58,966 nucleotides of DNA, filler included, from Sandaracinaceae bacterium (GCA_947483975.1; 2 parts of 2 records of this genome joined end to end with filler, not necessarily neighbours in it); one strand, 5' to 3'. Shown: positions 30,426 to 42,177, counted from the whole stretch's first letter. Numbers and translations are program-made. Notes: generated from the letters alone by a model not told the origin.

Positions 30426-31307
30426 ATGTCCAAGCGCATCGCTTCCATCACTGCTTCTGTCTCGCTGTCGCTGCTCGCCGCCCTCGCGGCGTTCACGCTC
30501 GCGACCCTCACGTTCACCCCGAAGGCCGCGGCACAATGCCTCCCCGGCTCCTGGCTCTGCGCCCAGGTCCAGGTCGGCGTCACCGGCGGCATCTACATCG
30601 GCCCGTCGATGCCGCCGCCGCCGCCTCCTCCGCAGGTCGTCTACGTCCAGCCGCAGCCGCAGCCCCCGGTCGTCATCTATCAGCCGCAGCCCCAGACGCA
30701 GGTCGTCTACGTGCAGCAGCGCCCGCAGGTGCAGTTCGTCGGCATCCAGCCGCTCTCCATCGCACCCGCCGAGGAGCCCGCGCCGCGCTGGGGCGTGCAC
30801 GCAGAGGTCGGCGCGATGACCACCGCCGACGTCGCCATGGGCGGCGGCGCGGTCGCCTTCCGCCTCCGCCCGAGCCCGTGGTTCGCGCTCGACCTCGGCG
30901 TCGGCAGCTACGGCGGGCAGGACTACAACGGCAACGATCGCGTCGAGGTCCCCTTCACCGCGAACGCGCTCTTCTTCATCAACCCGCAGTCGGAGTGGCA
31001 GTTCTACCTGCTCGGCGGCCTCGGCGCCTCGTACGCGCACACCGACAACTTCGGCACCTACGCGGGCCCCGGCCACACGGATATGTCGATGTTCGGCAAC
31101 GACTACTCGTACTTCGGCGGGCAGCTCGGCGTCGGCCTCGAGTGGCGCATGAGCCGCAACTTCGCGCTCAACACGGACTTCCGCGCCTTCGTCCGGACGC
31201 GCACCGACGGCGGCAGCACGCCCGAGTTCACCGACCCGGTCACCGGCGCGACGACCGACACCTCGGGCGGCGCGTACTGGACCGGCGGCGCGACCCTCTA
31301 CTGGTGA
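30426..31307 (+). CDS. Outer-membrane beta-barrel protein with Pro/Gln-rich N-terminal linker
   Basis: Signal peptide (AAA-Q), PPPP/VVYVQPQ linker, amphipathic beta strands, terminal TLYW. Confidence 0.8.
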   Translation: MSKRIASITASVSLSLLAALAAFTLATLTFTPKAAAQCLPGSWLCAQVQVGVTGGIYIGPSMPPPPPPPQVVYVQPQPQPPVVIYQPQPQTQVVYVQQRPQVQFVGIQPLSIAPAEEPAPRWGVHAEVGAMTTADVAMGGGAVAFRLRPSPWFALDLGVGSYGGQDYNGNDRVEVPFTANALFFINPQSEWQFYLLGGLGASYAHTDNFGTYAGPGHTDMSMFGNDYSYFGGQLGVGLEWRMSRNFALNTDFRAFVRTRTDGGSTPEFTDPVTGATTDTSGGAYWTGGATLYW

Positions 31308-31338
31308 CCCCGGCGGGCGCACCCGCCCACCTCTCGCT

Positions 31339-31369
31339 GAAAGCCCGCGTGCCCTCGACGCGGGCTTTC
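31339..31369. terminator. Bidirectional intrinsic terminator
   Basis: Perfect 12-bp stem GAAAGCCCGCGT-7nt-ACGCGGGCTTTC between convergent genes. Confidence 0.85.
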
Positions 31370-31375
31370 GCCGTT

Positions 31376-32368
31376 CTACTTACCGAAGATCTTACGGAAG
31401 AAGCCCTTCTTCTCGCCGCCCTCAGCCGGCTCGACGTCCGCGCCCTCGGCCGCGGGAGGCACGCTCAGCGAGGTGTCGGTGCTAGGCAGCGGCTCCGTGC
31501 CGTCAGGGGCCCCGTAGAGCTCCGCGTCGTCGACCATCAGCTCGACGTCACCGTCGTCGAAGGCGACGTCCGAGGCCTCTGCGTCGGGGTCAGCGTCGGA
31601 GTCAGCGTCGGAGTCCGCATCGGCGTCGGCGTCGGCAGCGGGCTCAGGCAGGTACGAAGCCCTCGGCGTCGGCGGGCCAAACTCGCTCGGGTCGAGCTCC
31701 CCCTCGAGGAGCGCCGCGAGGTCGTCGGGCACCGACACGCGCTGCCCCGAGTCCTCGAAGTCGAGCCCGCCGAGGTCCTCGGCTGCCGGCTCAGGGAACG
31801 CCGGCTCATCCCCGAAGAGCGCGTCCTCGCCGAGCGGCGCTGACGCAGCGAGCGCGGGGGCCTCGGCGAACTCGTCGGGGAGCGAGATGTCCATCAGGAG
31901 CCCGGTCGACTCCTCGTCGCCGAACAGCGACGCCTCGGAGAGCGGCGCCTCGACCGGCAGGAGGTCCAGCGCGAGCGGCGTCTCCTCCACCGGCAGGAGG
32001 TCGAGCGAGACCGGCGCCTCCTCCACCGGCAGGAGGTCGAGCGAGAGCGGCGGCTCCTCAACCGGCAGAAGGTCGAGCGAGGAAGACGCCTCCACCGGCA
32101 GCGGCTCCAGCGACGACGGCTCCTCGACCTCCACCGGCTCCAGCGGCGCCGGCACTGCGACCGGGCGCACGGTCGCGGGCCGCAGCACCGCCGCGCGCTG
32201 AGGCGCCCGCGGAGCGACGACGAAGACGCCGCTCTCGAGCTCCGCGAGCGCGGCGTCGACGGCCACGAGGTCCGTCTCGGCGCCAGCCCGCGCGCGCTCC
32301 TCGCTGACGGCCAGCCCCGCGGCCAGCGCGTCGAGTTCCCGGTCGATCGCAGCGAGGTCGAGCGTCAT
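31376..32368 (-). CDS. Highly acidic low-complexity protein with C-terminal amphipathic helix
   Basis: D/E-rich, SLDLLPVEE repeats, ends KKGFFRKIFGK; co-oriented downstream of alaS. Confidence 0.75.
   Translation of the reverse strand: MTLDLAAIDRELDALAAGLAVSEERARAGAETDLVAVDAALAELESGVFVVAPRAPQRAAVLRPATVRPVAVPAPLEPVEVEEPSSLEPLPVEASSSLDLLPVEEPPLSLDLLPVEEAPVSLDLLPVEETPLALDLLPVEAPLSEASLFGDEESTGLLMDISLPDEFAEAPALAASAPLGEDALFGDEPAFPEPAAEDLGGLDFEDSGQRVSVPDDLAALLEGELDPSEFGPPTPRASYLPEPAADADADADSDADSDADPDAEASDVAFDDGDVELMVDDAELYGAPDGTEPLPSTDTSLSVPPAAEGADVEPAEGGEKKGFFRKIFGK
31941..32144 (-). repeat. 33-36-bp tandem repeat x5 encoding SLDLLPVEExPx
   Basis: Core ACCGGCAG at 31953, 31989, 32025, 32061, 32094. 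Confidence 0.85.
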
Positions 32369-32425
32369 CGCGTCACATCGTCTCCCGTCGCGCGTCCCGC
32401 AGCAAGCGCCGGACGCGCGACCCGC

Positions 32426-35107
32426 TCAGCCAGCCGCCGCGACGCTCTCGTAGACCTTCGCCACGGCCTCCGCGAGCTTCGACGGATCGCTGCCGCCCGC
32501 CTGCGCGAAGTCCGGCCGACCGCCTCCGCCGCCGCCGACGAGCGCCGCCGCGTCCTTGACGAGCTTGCCCGCCTGAAAGCGGCCGACGAGCTCCTTCGAG
32601 ACCGTGCAGATCAGCACGACCTTGCCGTCCTTCGTCGCCGTGCCGAGCATCACCACGCTCGGCGCGAGCTTGTCGCGGAGCGAGTCCGCGAGCTCGCGGA
32701 GCGCGTTCGCGTCGCCGAGATCGACGACGGCGCCGAGCACGTTGACGCCGCCGATCTCCTTGGCGCCCGCGCTCAGATCCCCCGCGCCGCCCGAGACGAG
32801 CTTGCGCTGCAGCGCCTCGATCTCCTTGTGCAGCTCCTTCTGCTGCGCGACGAGCTTCTCGACCTTCGCGAACGTCTCGCTCGGGCGCCCCTTCACGAGC
32901 TCCGCCGTCCTCCCGAGCTCCTCTTCCAGCTCGCGCACGTACCGCAGCGCGTTGCTCCCCGTCGTCCCCTCGATGCGCCGCACGCCCGCCGCGACGCCGC
33001 TCTCGCTGACGATCTTGAAGAGCCCGAGGTCGCCGGTGCGCGACGCGTGCGTGCCGCCGCAGAGCTCGATCGACTCGCGCGTCATCGTCAACATGCGGAC
33101 GACCGCGCCGTACTTCTCCTCGAAGATGCCGATCGCGCCGCGCTTCTTCGCCTCGTCCATCGGCAGCACATCGGTCGTGATCTCCGCGTTCTCCAGCACC
33201 TTCGCGTTGACCAGATCCTCGATGCGATTCAGCTCCGCGCGCTCGAGCGGCCGCGCGCCCGAGTAGTCGAAGCGCAGCCGCTCCGGCCCGACCAGCGAGC
33301 CCTTCTGCATCGCCTGCGGGCCGAGCACGGTGCGCAGCGCGTAGTGCAAGAGGTGCGTCGCAGAGTGATTGCGCCGCGTCGCGGAGCGGAGCGCGTGATC
33401 GACCGTCAGCGTCAGCTCATCACCGACGGCGAGCTGCCCCTCCGTGACCTCGACGCTGTGCACGAAGAGCCCGTCGACGGGCTTCTGCGTGTCGCTCACG
33501 ACCACCTTCGCGCCGTTGGCGCTCGTCCCCGCGCCCGAGTCGCCGACCTGTCCGCCCGACTCGCCGTAGAACGGCGTCGCGTCGACGATCAGCTCACCGC
33601 GCTCGCCCGCGCGCAGCACCTCCACGCGCGCGCCGTTCGCGAGCAGCGCGAGCACCTTGCCCTTCGCGCTCTCGCGGTCGTAGCCGACGAACGTCGTCTT
33701 GCCGACGCTCTCCGCGACCGCGTGATAGGCGACGTCCACGGCCTTCTCGCCGACCTTCGAGCCCGCGCTGCGCTCGCGCGCGCGGTCCATCTCCGCCTCG
33801 AAGCTCGCGTGATCGACGACGAAGCCCTGCTCGTTCCCGATCACGTCCTGCAGGTCGAGAGGAAAACCAAAGGTGTCGTAGAGCTGAAACGCCGTCGGCC
33901 CCGGCAGCACCTGCTGCCCGTCGCGCGTCTCGAACGCCGCCTCTGCGATCAGCTCGAGCCCGCGCTTCATCGTGCGACGGAAGCGCTCCTCCTCCTGCCG
34001 CACGACGTCCTCGACGATCGCGCGCCGCTCGCGCAATTCCGGGTACGTCTCGCCCATCGCCTCGACGACGACGAGCGCGCACTCGTGCAAGAACAGCCGG
34101 TCGATCCCGAGGCGATGCCCGTGCCGGATCGCGCGCCGCATCACGCGCCGCAGCACATAGCTGCGCCCATCGCGATCGGGGAACACGCCCTCCGCGATCA
34201 GCAGCGCCGCGGTGCGCGCGTGATCCGCGATGACGCGCATCGAGACGTCATCGGGCAGCAGCGTCCCGCCGTACGTCTTGCCGCTGATCGTCGCCGCGAG
34301 ATCGATGACGGGGCGCAGCAAATCAGTGTCGTAGTTCGAGCGCACGCCCTGCTGCACGGCGGCGATCCGCTCGAGCCCCGAGCCCGTGTCGATGCTCGGC
34401 GCGGGCAGCGGCGTGAGCGTGCCGTCCTGCGAGCGATCGAACTGCATGAACACGAGGTTCCAGAGCTCCGTCCAGCCCTCGCCGTCGGGCCCAGGCTCCT
34501 CGCCGAACTTCGCCGGATCCGCGACGCCGTCGCCGTGAAAGAAGTGCATCTCCGTGCACGGTCCGCACGGGCCGGTGTCGCCCATCGACCAGAAGTTGTC
34601 CTTCGCGCCGCAGCGGATGATGCGCTCGGGTCCGAAGCCCGTGACGTCCGCCCAGAGCTGCGCGGCCTCCTCGTCGGCGGGCAGCCCGTCCTCGCCGCCG
34701 AAGATCGTGACGACCAGCTTTTCCTTGGGGATCTGCAGCGTGCCGGTGAGGAACTCCCACGCGTAGGCGATCGCGTCTTTCTTGAAGTAATCGCCAAACG
34801 AGAAATTCCCGAGCATCTCGAAGAACGTGTGGTGGCGCGCCGTGACGCCGACGTTCTCGAGGTCGTTGTGCTTGCCGCTGATGCGGATGCACTTCTGGCT
34901 CGTCGCCGCGCGCACGTACGGGCGCTTGTCCTTGCCCGTAAAGACGTCCTTGAACTGCACCATGCCCGCGTTGGCGAACATCAGCGTCGGATCGTTCGAC
35001 GGGACGAGCGGTCCGGAGGCGAGCACTTCGTGCCCGCGCTCGCGGAAGAAGTCGAGGAACGCGTTGCGGATTTCGCGCGAGGTCGTGGGCTTGGAGGAGG
35101 CCGTCAT
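32426..35107 (-). CDS. alaS: Alanine--tRNA ligase
   Basis: DPTLMFANAGM, HHTFFEMLGNFSFGDYFK, HSATH, ELCGGTH, GGGGGRPDFAQAGG. Confidence 0.98.
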   Translation of the reverse strand: MTASSKPTTSREIRNAFLDFFRERGHEVLASGPLVPSNDPTLMFANAGMVQFKDVFTGKDKRPYVRAATSQKCIRISGKHNDLENVGVTARHHTFFEMLGNFSFGDYFKKDAIAYAWEFLTGTLQIPKEKLVVTIFGGEDGLPADEEAAQLWADVTGFGPERIIRCGAKDNFWSMGDTGPCGPCTEMHFFHGDGVADPAKFGEEPGPDGEGWTELWNLVFMQFDRSQDGTLTPLPAPSIDTGSGLERIAAVQQGVRSNYDTDLLRPVIDLAATISGKTYGGTLLPDDVSMRVIADHARTAALLIAEGVFPDRDGRSYVLRRVMRRAIRHGHRLGIDRLFLHECALVVVEAMGETYPELRERRAIVEDVVRQEEERFRRTMKRGLELIAEAAFETRDGQQVLPGPTAFQLYDTFGFPLDLQDVIGNEQGFVVDHASFEAEMDRARERSAGSKVGEKAVDVAYHAVAESVGKTTFVGYDRESAKGKVLALLANGARVEVLRAGERGELIVDATPFYGESGGQVGDSGAGTSANGAKVVVSDTQKPVDGLFVHSVEVTEGQLAVGDELTLTVDHALRSATRRNHSATHLLHYALRTVLGPQAMQKGSLVGPERLRFDYSGARPLERAELNRIEDLVNAKVLENAEITTDVLPMDEAKKRGAIGIFEEKYGAVVRMLTMTRESIELCGGTHASRTGDLGLFKIVSESGVAAGVRRIEGTTGSNALRYVRELEEELGRTAELVKGRPSETFAKVEKLVAQQKELHKEIEALQRKLVSGGAGDLSAGAKEIGGVNVLGAVVDLGDANALRELADSLRDKLAPSVVMLGTATKDGKVVLICTVSKELVGRFQAGKLVKDAAALVGGGGGGRPDFAQAGGSDPSKLAEAVAKVYESVAAAG

Positions 35108-35147
35108 GGGGGCCCTCATTTACCCCAACGGCGCGGGCGCTGCTAGC

Positions 35148-36674
35148 TCAGCGGAACTCGTAGCCCACCGAGAACGCGAGGCGCAGGTACGCGTCGCCCA
35201 CCGGATCGGCGATGCGAATCGGCTGCCACGGCGCGCCCGCGACGGCGGCGCTCCACGGCGTGCAGGGCTCAGTCGCGCACGCGGTCTCGCCCTCGTAGGT
35301 CGTCGAGAAGGCGAAGTACTGAAACGCCGCCGCGAGGTAGAGCCCGCGCGCGATGTACGGCATCCCCGACTTCACCTCGAAGCCGAGCAGATAGCCCGGC
35401 GCGCTCGACGTCTGCGTGCCCCAGACCTGCTTCTGCTCCATCGAGACGCCGAGGCTGAGCCGGTACGCGAAGCGCGCGCTGAGCACGAGATACGTCGGCA
35501 CGGCGGGGACCGAGATCCCGACGCCGAGGTTCATGTACGAGTAGCCGACCGGCGGGATCACGCTCGACGCGTCGAGCCGCTTGAGCGCATCGAGATCGAG
35601 CGAGAAGCCGAAGTAGCCGTAGCCGAGGTCGAACGTCAGCTCTGCGCCGCGCGCTGGCCCGCCGATCGCGTAGCGCCCGCGCGCGCCGATGTAGAGGTCG
35701 CTCTGCGACGACTTCACGACGACGTCGCTCGGACAACTCAGCGTCGGCGTCGACGCCGCGCAGCCCGTGGACTCGAGCCCGACGGACGCGCGGTAGCTGA
35801 ACGCGAGGCCGATGTACGGAAACGGCTGGCCGCCGAACGCACCGGGGAACAGCTCGCCGTCGAACCCGAGCTCCATATGACCGAGCCCCGCGCTCTCGTA
35901 GCTGCGCAGCTCCGGCGGCCCTTCGGTCGCGCTGCCCCCAATGCCGTAGAGCGGCGTCACCTCCGCGCTCATCGAGCGACCCAGCGTGCCGCCCCCGACG
36001 CCGACGCGGAACGCCGGGTAGCGGTCATCCCCCTCGGGCGCCGTGTCCTCCTCCACCTCCGGACGCTCCACGGGCTCGACGGCTTCCTGCTGATACCAAG
36101 GGCGCTCGGGCGGCTCCGGCGGGGCGGGCGGCCGAGGCTCACGCGCGGCGTCGAAGTACTGCGCGAGCCGCGAGTGACCGTTGCGGCGCACGGCGCCGAG
36201 CGCGTTCATGGTCCCGCCGCTCCACGTCTCCGTGCCGAGGATGCTGCCGTCCATGCCGCTGCGGACGCGCACCGTCAGCGCCCACGAGCGCCCGCGCCGC
36301 GCGACCCGCCCGTCGACGAACGCCGCGACGTTCAACTGCTGCCCGACGGCCGAGTAGTCAGCCTCCGAGCGCACGCGCGTGATGCCGGCGCGCTGCCCCG
36401 CCGTGCGAAGCTCCCCCTCGGCGACGAGCGTCAGCGTGTCGGCGTGATCGGCCAAGTCCGCGAGCAAGCCGGCGCGCACGCCCCCCGCTTGCGGGCCCGA
36501 GAAGCGCTCGACGAGGATGCGCTTGGGCCCCGCTGCGGGCGGCGCCACGGGCGGCGGCGCTTGCCGCACGGGAAAGCCCCGCTGCTGCGCCCCAACGGCG
36601 GCGGGCGCAAAGGTCACGAGCACGGCGAGCACGGCGCCGAGCGAGGAGGTCCACCGACGGGCGAGAGAGCGCAT
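35148..36674 (-). CDS. Exported protein with N-terminal alpha/beta domain, Pro/Glu linker and probable C-terminal beta-barrel
   Basis: Signal peptide, alternating aromatic beta strands, terminal VGYEFR. Confidence 0.65.
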   Translation of the reverse strand: MRSLARRWTSSLGAVLAVLVTFAPAAVGAQQRGFPVRQAPPPVAPPAAGPKRILVERFSGPQAGGVRAGLLADLADHADTLTLVAEGELRTAGQRAGITRVRSEADYSAVGQQLNVAAFVDGRVARRGRSWALTVRVRSGMDGSILGTETWSGGTMNALGAVRRNGHSRLAQYFDAAREPRPPAPPEPPERPWYQQEAVEPVERPEVEEDTAPEGDDRYPAFRVGVGGGTLGRSMSAEVTPLYGIGGSATEGPPELRSYESAGLGHMELGFDGELFPGAFGGQPFPYIGLAFSYRASVGLESTGCAASTPTLSCPSDVVVKSSQSDLYIGARGRYAIGGPARGAELTFDLGYGYFGFSLDLDALKRLDASSVIPPVGYSYMNLGVGISVPAVPTYLVLSARFAYRLSLGVSMEQKQVWGTQTSSAPGYLLGFEVKSGMPYIARGLYLAAAFQYFAFSTTYEGETACATEPCTPWSAAVAGAPWQPIRIADPVGDAYLRLAFSVGYEFR

Positions 36675-36843
36675 GGCGTCACCACCGTATCAAAAGCTCG
36701 GCCCGATCCCGCGCAGGAATCGCAGCTGGCCACTTGTTCAGTCCGCGTCAGTCGTGCTACCCGTGGAGCGTCGGAGCGATAAGGCCGCGCGCGTCGGCTC
36801 GGGTCGCCTCTGACACCGCCGCACGCGCAGGAGGCAGGACGCC

Positions 36844-38577
36844 ATGCTCACGTGTCTGAGAGTCAAAGACTTCGCAATCATCGACCGCCTCGAGGTCGAA
36901 CTCGGTCCAGGGCTGAACGTCGTCACGGGCGAGACGGGCGCAGGCAAGTCGATCCTCGTCGACGCGCTCTCGCTCGTGCTCGGCGCGCGGGCACGCCCAG
37001 AGTTCGTGCGCACCGGCGCAGAGAGCGCCGAGGTCGAGGCGCTCTTCGACCTCGAGGGCGCGCCGGAGATCATCGCGCGCCTCGAAGCCGCGGGCGTCGC
37101 GTGCGCGGGCGACGAGCCGGGCGGCGAGCTTGGCGAGCTGATCGTGCGGAGGGTCGTGCAAGCGAACGGGCGCACGCGCGCGTACGTCAACGGCCGCCTC
37201 GCGACCGCAGCGCAGCTCGCGGAGATCGCTGCCGGGCTCGCGGACCTCTCCTCTCAGCACGAGCACCACTCGCTCGCCGACCCGTCGATGCACCTCGTCT
37301 ACCTCGATGCGTTCGCGCGCGTCGACGACGAGCGCGCGCAGATGGCCAAGGCGTACGAGGCCTTCCGCGCGGCGCAGCTCGCGCTGAGCGGCGCCGCGGG
37401 CGCCGAGCGCGGCCGCGAGGAGCGCGAAGATCTGCTCGCGTTTCAGCTGCGCGAGATCGGCGAGCTCGCGCCGGAGGTCGGCGAGAAGGAGACGCTCCGT
37501 GCCGAGCGCGAAGTGCTGCGGCACGCCGAGCGGCTCGCGCGGACTGCCGGCGGCGCCGAGGACGCCCTCTACAGCGCAGACGGTGCCGTCAGTGAGCTGC
37601 TCGCGCGCATCGCGAGCGACATCGCCGATCTCACCCACCTCGACGCGAAGCTGATCCCGCTCGCTGCGGAGCTGAGCGACGCGCGCGCGCGCATCGAGGA
37701 CGTCGCCCAGGAGCTCGGTCGCTACGCCCGCGGCGTCAGCGGCGACCCGGAGCGCTTGGTCGAGGTCGACGAGCGCCTCGACCGCCTCGCGCGCCTCGAA
37801 CGCAAGTACGGCGGCAGCGTCGAGGCCGTCCTCGCGCACGCCGAGCGAGCGCGTGAGGAGCTCGACGTGCTCCAGCACCACGAGGCGCACCTCGCGGCGC
37901 TCGAGGGCACCCGCGACGCGGCGAGGCACGACGCGGAGGTCGTCGCCAGGCGCTTGTCGGCGAGGCGGCGCGAGGCGGCGCTCGCCCTCGGGCGCGCGAT
38001 CACCGAGGAGCTGTCGTCGATCGGAATGCGCGGCGCCGAGGTGCTCGTCGCCGTGACCCCGCTCGACCCGCGCGTCGGAGGCGACTCCCGCGCCGAGCTC
38101 GAGGTCGATGGCAGTCGGCTCGCCCCGACGGGCATCGACCGCGCGGAGCTGCTCATCTCCCCGAACCCAGGCGAGGAAGCCCGACCGCTGCGTCGGATCG
38201 CGTCCGGCGGCGAGCTATCGCGCGCACTCTTGGCGATCAAGCGCGTGCTCGCGGGCCTGCGCCCGGCGGGCCTCTACGTGTTCGATGAGGTCGACGTCGG
38301 CGTTGGCGGGGCGGTCGCCGAGGTCATCGGGCGGAAGCTCAAGGACGTCGCGCGGCACCACCAGGTGCTGTGCATCACGCACCTCGCGCAGATCGCCGTC
38401 CACGCCGACACGCACTTCCGAGTCAGCAAGGAGGTCGTCGGCGACCGCACGAGGAGCGCCGTCACGCGCCTCGACGCCGGCGAGCGGCGTGAAGAGGTCG
38501 CGCGGATGCTCGGCGGGCTCAAGGTCACCGCGAAGACACGCGCCGCCGCCGCAGAGATGCTGCGCGAGGCGCGCTGA
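36844..38577 (+). CDS. recN: DNA repair protein RecN
   Basis: TGETGAGKS, SQHEH, coiled coil, ASGGELSR, FDEVDVGVGG, CITHLAQIA. Confidence 0.96.
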   Translation: MLTCLRVKDFAIIDRLEVELGPGLNVVTGETGAGKSILVDALSLVLGARARPEFVRTGAESAEVEALFDLEGAPEIIARLEAAGVACAGDEPGGELGELIVRRVVQANGRTRAYVNGRLATAAQLAEIAAGLADLSSQHEHHSLADPSMHLVYLDAFARVDDERAQMAKAYEAFRAAQLALSGAAGAERGREEREDLLAFQLREIGELAPEVGEKETLRAEREVLRHAERLARTAGGAEDALYSADGAVSELLARIASDIADLTHLDAKLIPLAAELSDARARIEDVAQELGRYARGVSGDPERLVEVDERLDRLARLERKYGGSVEAVLAHAERAREELDVLQHHEAHLAALEGTRDAARHDAEVVARRLSARRREAALALGRAITEELSSIGMRGAEVLVAVTPLDPRVGGDSRAELEVDGSRLAPTGIDRAELLISPNPGEEARPLRRIASGGELSRALLAIKRVLAGLRPAGLYVFDEVDVGVGGAVAEVIGRKLKDVARHHQVLCITHLAQIAVHADTHFRVSKEVVGDRTRSAVTRLDAGERREEVARMLGGLKVTAKTRAAAAEMLREAR

Positions 38578-38651
38578 ACGTCGACGCGCGCGCCTGGGGT
38601 CCGCTCGACCCGGGCGCGCGGCTGGCTACGGTCACGCGACGCCGACCGCAC

Positions 38652-38687
38652 GTGCAGAATCTGCGCGCGCCGCCGCAAGGATTGCGC
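38652..38687. promoter_or_regulatory. Paired enhancer-like sites GTGCA-N5-TGCGC and CCGCA-N5-TGCGC
   Basis: Starts at 38652 and 38673 (21 bp apart); same motif as at 43162 and 43192. Confidence 0.55.
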
Positions 38688-38694
38688 TCGTCCG

Positions 38695-39096
38695 TCAGGT
38701 CTTTGCAACAGCGCGGGCGGCCCGCGCGCACTCGAGCTGAGCTGTGAGATCAGCGTAGATCAGCGGCTTGGTCAAGACGGCCCGCAGCGGCCCGCCGGCC
38801 TGAACCGCGACGCGCTCGACGATGTCGGGGTAGCCGGTGACGACGACGACCTCGACGGCCGCGTCCCGCGACCGAGCAAAACTGGCGATTGCCAAGCCGT
38901 CGACGTGCGGAAGCTTGTAGTCGACGATGAGGACGTCGGGCGTCGGTGCCTGGGCCAAACGGCTGACAGCCGACGCGCCGTCGAACGCGACCTCCACATC
39001 GTAGCCGTCCTCGCGCAGCAGCTGCGCGAGAATCCGGGCGTCGGATACGTCGTCCTCGACGACGAACACCCGAAACGGGCTGTGGGGAACGTCCAT
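38695..39096 (-). CDS. Single-domain response regulator
   Basis: VVEDD, IVDYKLP, VTG, LTKP; start may be 39096 or 39114. Confidence 0.88.
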   Translation of the reverse strand: MDVPHSPFRVFVVEDDVSDARILAQLLREDGYDVEVAFDGASAVSRLAQAPTPDVLIVDYKLPHVDGLAIASFARSRDAAVEVVVVTGYPDIVERVAVQAGGPLRAVLTKPLIYADLTAQLECARAARAVAKT

Positions 39097-39166
39097 GGCG
39101 TGGGAGGTGTGCACGTCCTAGGCCGATGCACGCCTTCCCGACGAAAAAGACGAGAAGTCTCGGCGC

Positions 39167-40560
<1,394 letters not shown>

Positions 40561-40564
<4 letters not shown>

Positions 40565-42177
40565 ATCGGCCTCCCGTCATCGCTCTCCGTGACGCGCTTG
40601 AGCGTGACACGAAACACGGTGCGCCCCGGGCGGCTCTCGACGTCGATCGTCCCATTGTGGTCGGTGATCACTCGGTGCACGATCGCCAAGCCGAGGCCCG
40701 TGCCGTGGGGCTTGGTCGAATAGAATGCGTCGAAGATCGGCGCGTCGGGCCCGGGCAAGCCGGGTCCTTCGTCCTCGACCTCGATGACCGCCATGCGGGG
40801 CTGTCGACGCGTCCGCAGCACGACGCGCCCTCCTCCCGTCGAGGCGACGGCGTCGATCGCGTTCCGCATGAGGTTGAGCAGCGCCTGCTCGATCTTCTCG
40901 GGGTCCACGTGCGCGATGGGGTCGACCGCGGCCAAGTCCGGTTCGACGCGCACGTTGCCGATGGCGGCGTCCGCTTTCACCACCGAGAGCACCTTGAGAC
41001 AAACGGCATTCAGAGACGACGGGCGACGCTCCGGCGGATTCGGGCGGGCGAACACCAGGAAGTCCTTCACGAGCGCGGACAAGCGGCGGATCTCCCCGCC
41101 GACGAGCTTGACCGCATCTTGCGAGTCGGCGTCCGCGCCGGAGCGGCGGAGCGCGCGCTCGAGGAACGTCACGTGCAGCAGCGCACCGTTGAGGGGATTG
41201 CGGATCTCGTGCGCGAGCCCCGCCGCGAGCGTACCGACCGCCGCGAGCTTTTCACTGCGCAGAGTGCGCTCGGCGAGCGCCCGCTCGTCGCTCACGTCCT
41301 GACCGATCGCGAACAGCACGACGCCGGTATCGTTCGTGCTCGGCGCATACGTCAGCCGCCACTGGACGAGCCGCGGGCGGTCGGAGCGCGTCTCGACGAG
41401 CACCTCCCAGTCCTCGGGCGGAGGCACGCGGCCCGCCGCGACGTCTCGTAGGCGCGCGCCCTCGTCAGCGCGGAGGTCCTCCGGCAAGAGCGCGTCGACC
41501 ATCGGGAGCCCGAGCGCGCCTTCGCGCGATAGCCCGGTGAGCTGCTCAGCTGCGCGGTTGAAGAGCGTGATGCGCGCCTCGGCGTCGACGCCGACGACGA
41601 GCACATGCGCGAGCTCCACGGCGTTCGCGTAGCGGTGCTCACTCTGCGCGAGCTGCGAGAGCAACCGCTCGCGCTCCTCGCGAGCCGGACGCTGCAGCTG
41701 CTCGAGGAGGTCATCACGATACGTCTCGAGCATGATCGCGAGGTCGAGGTCGACCGCGCGCGAGATCGCGAGCCTCGTCACCCCGCGCTCTGGCTCCGGC
41801 AGGTCGTCGGCGAGCCCATCGAAGGCTTCGCGCATGAACGACATGCCGGTGACCATGTAGCGCTGCGGCAGGCCGATGCGGACGTGCACGCGGCCGATCT
41901 TCGCGCGCTCGAGGAAGTAGCTGTCGTCGTGCGGCCCGGCGAAGAGGCGCTTCATCCAGGCGATGAGCGCGCCCTCGAGTCGAGCGATCTGCGCCTCGTC
42001 GCGGAACACGCGGTGCGCGTCGTCGTGCTCGCGAGCGCGCTCGTAGAACGCAACCGCGATGCGCCCAAAGTGTGGCGCGACGACCTGCGAGAAAGCTGCG
42101 AGGGCGGCGCTATCTGCGGGGCCGAAGCGGACGTACCGCTTGAGCTCAGCGAAGAGCGATTCGGGCGACGATTCCAT
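40561..42177 (-). CDS. Globin-coupled (protoglobin)-PAS sensor histidine kinase
   Basis: Sensor globin ([17 protein letters not shown] proximal His), PAS ([10 protein letters not shown]), [19 protein letters not shown]; no TM segments. Confidence 0.92.

Noticed and set aside
31941..32144. 36-bp periodic repeats as a CRISPR array
   Set aside because: In-frame coding tandem repeats with no unique spacers and no cas genes.
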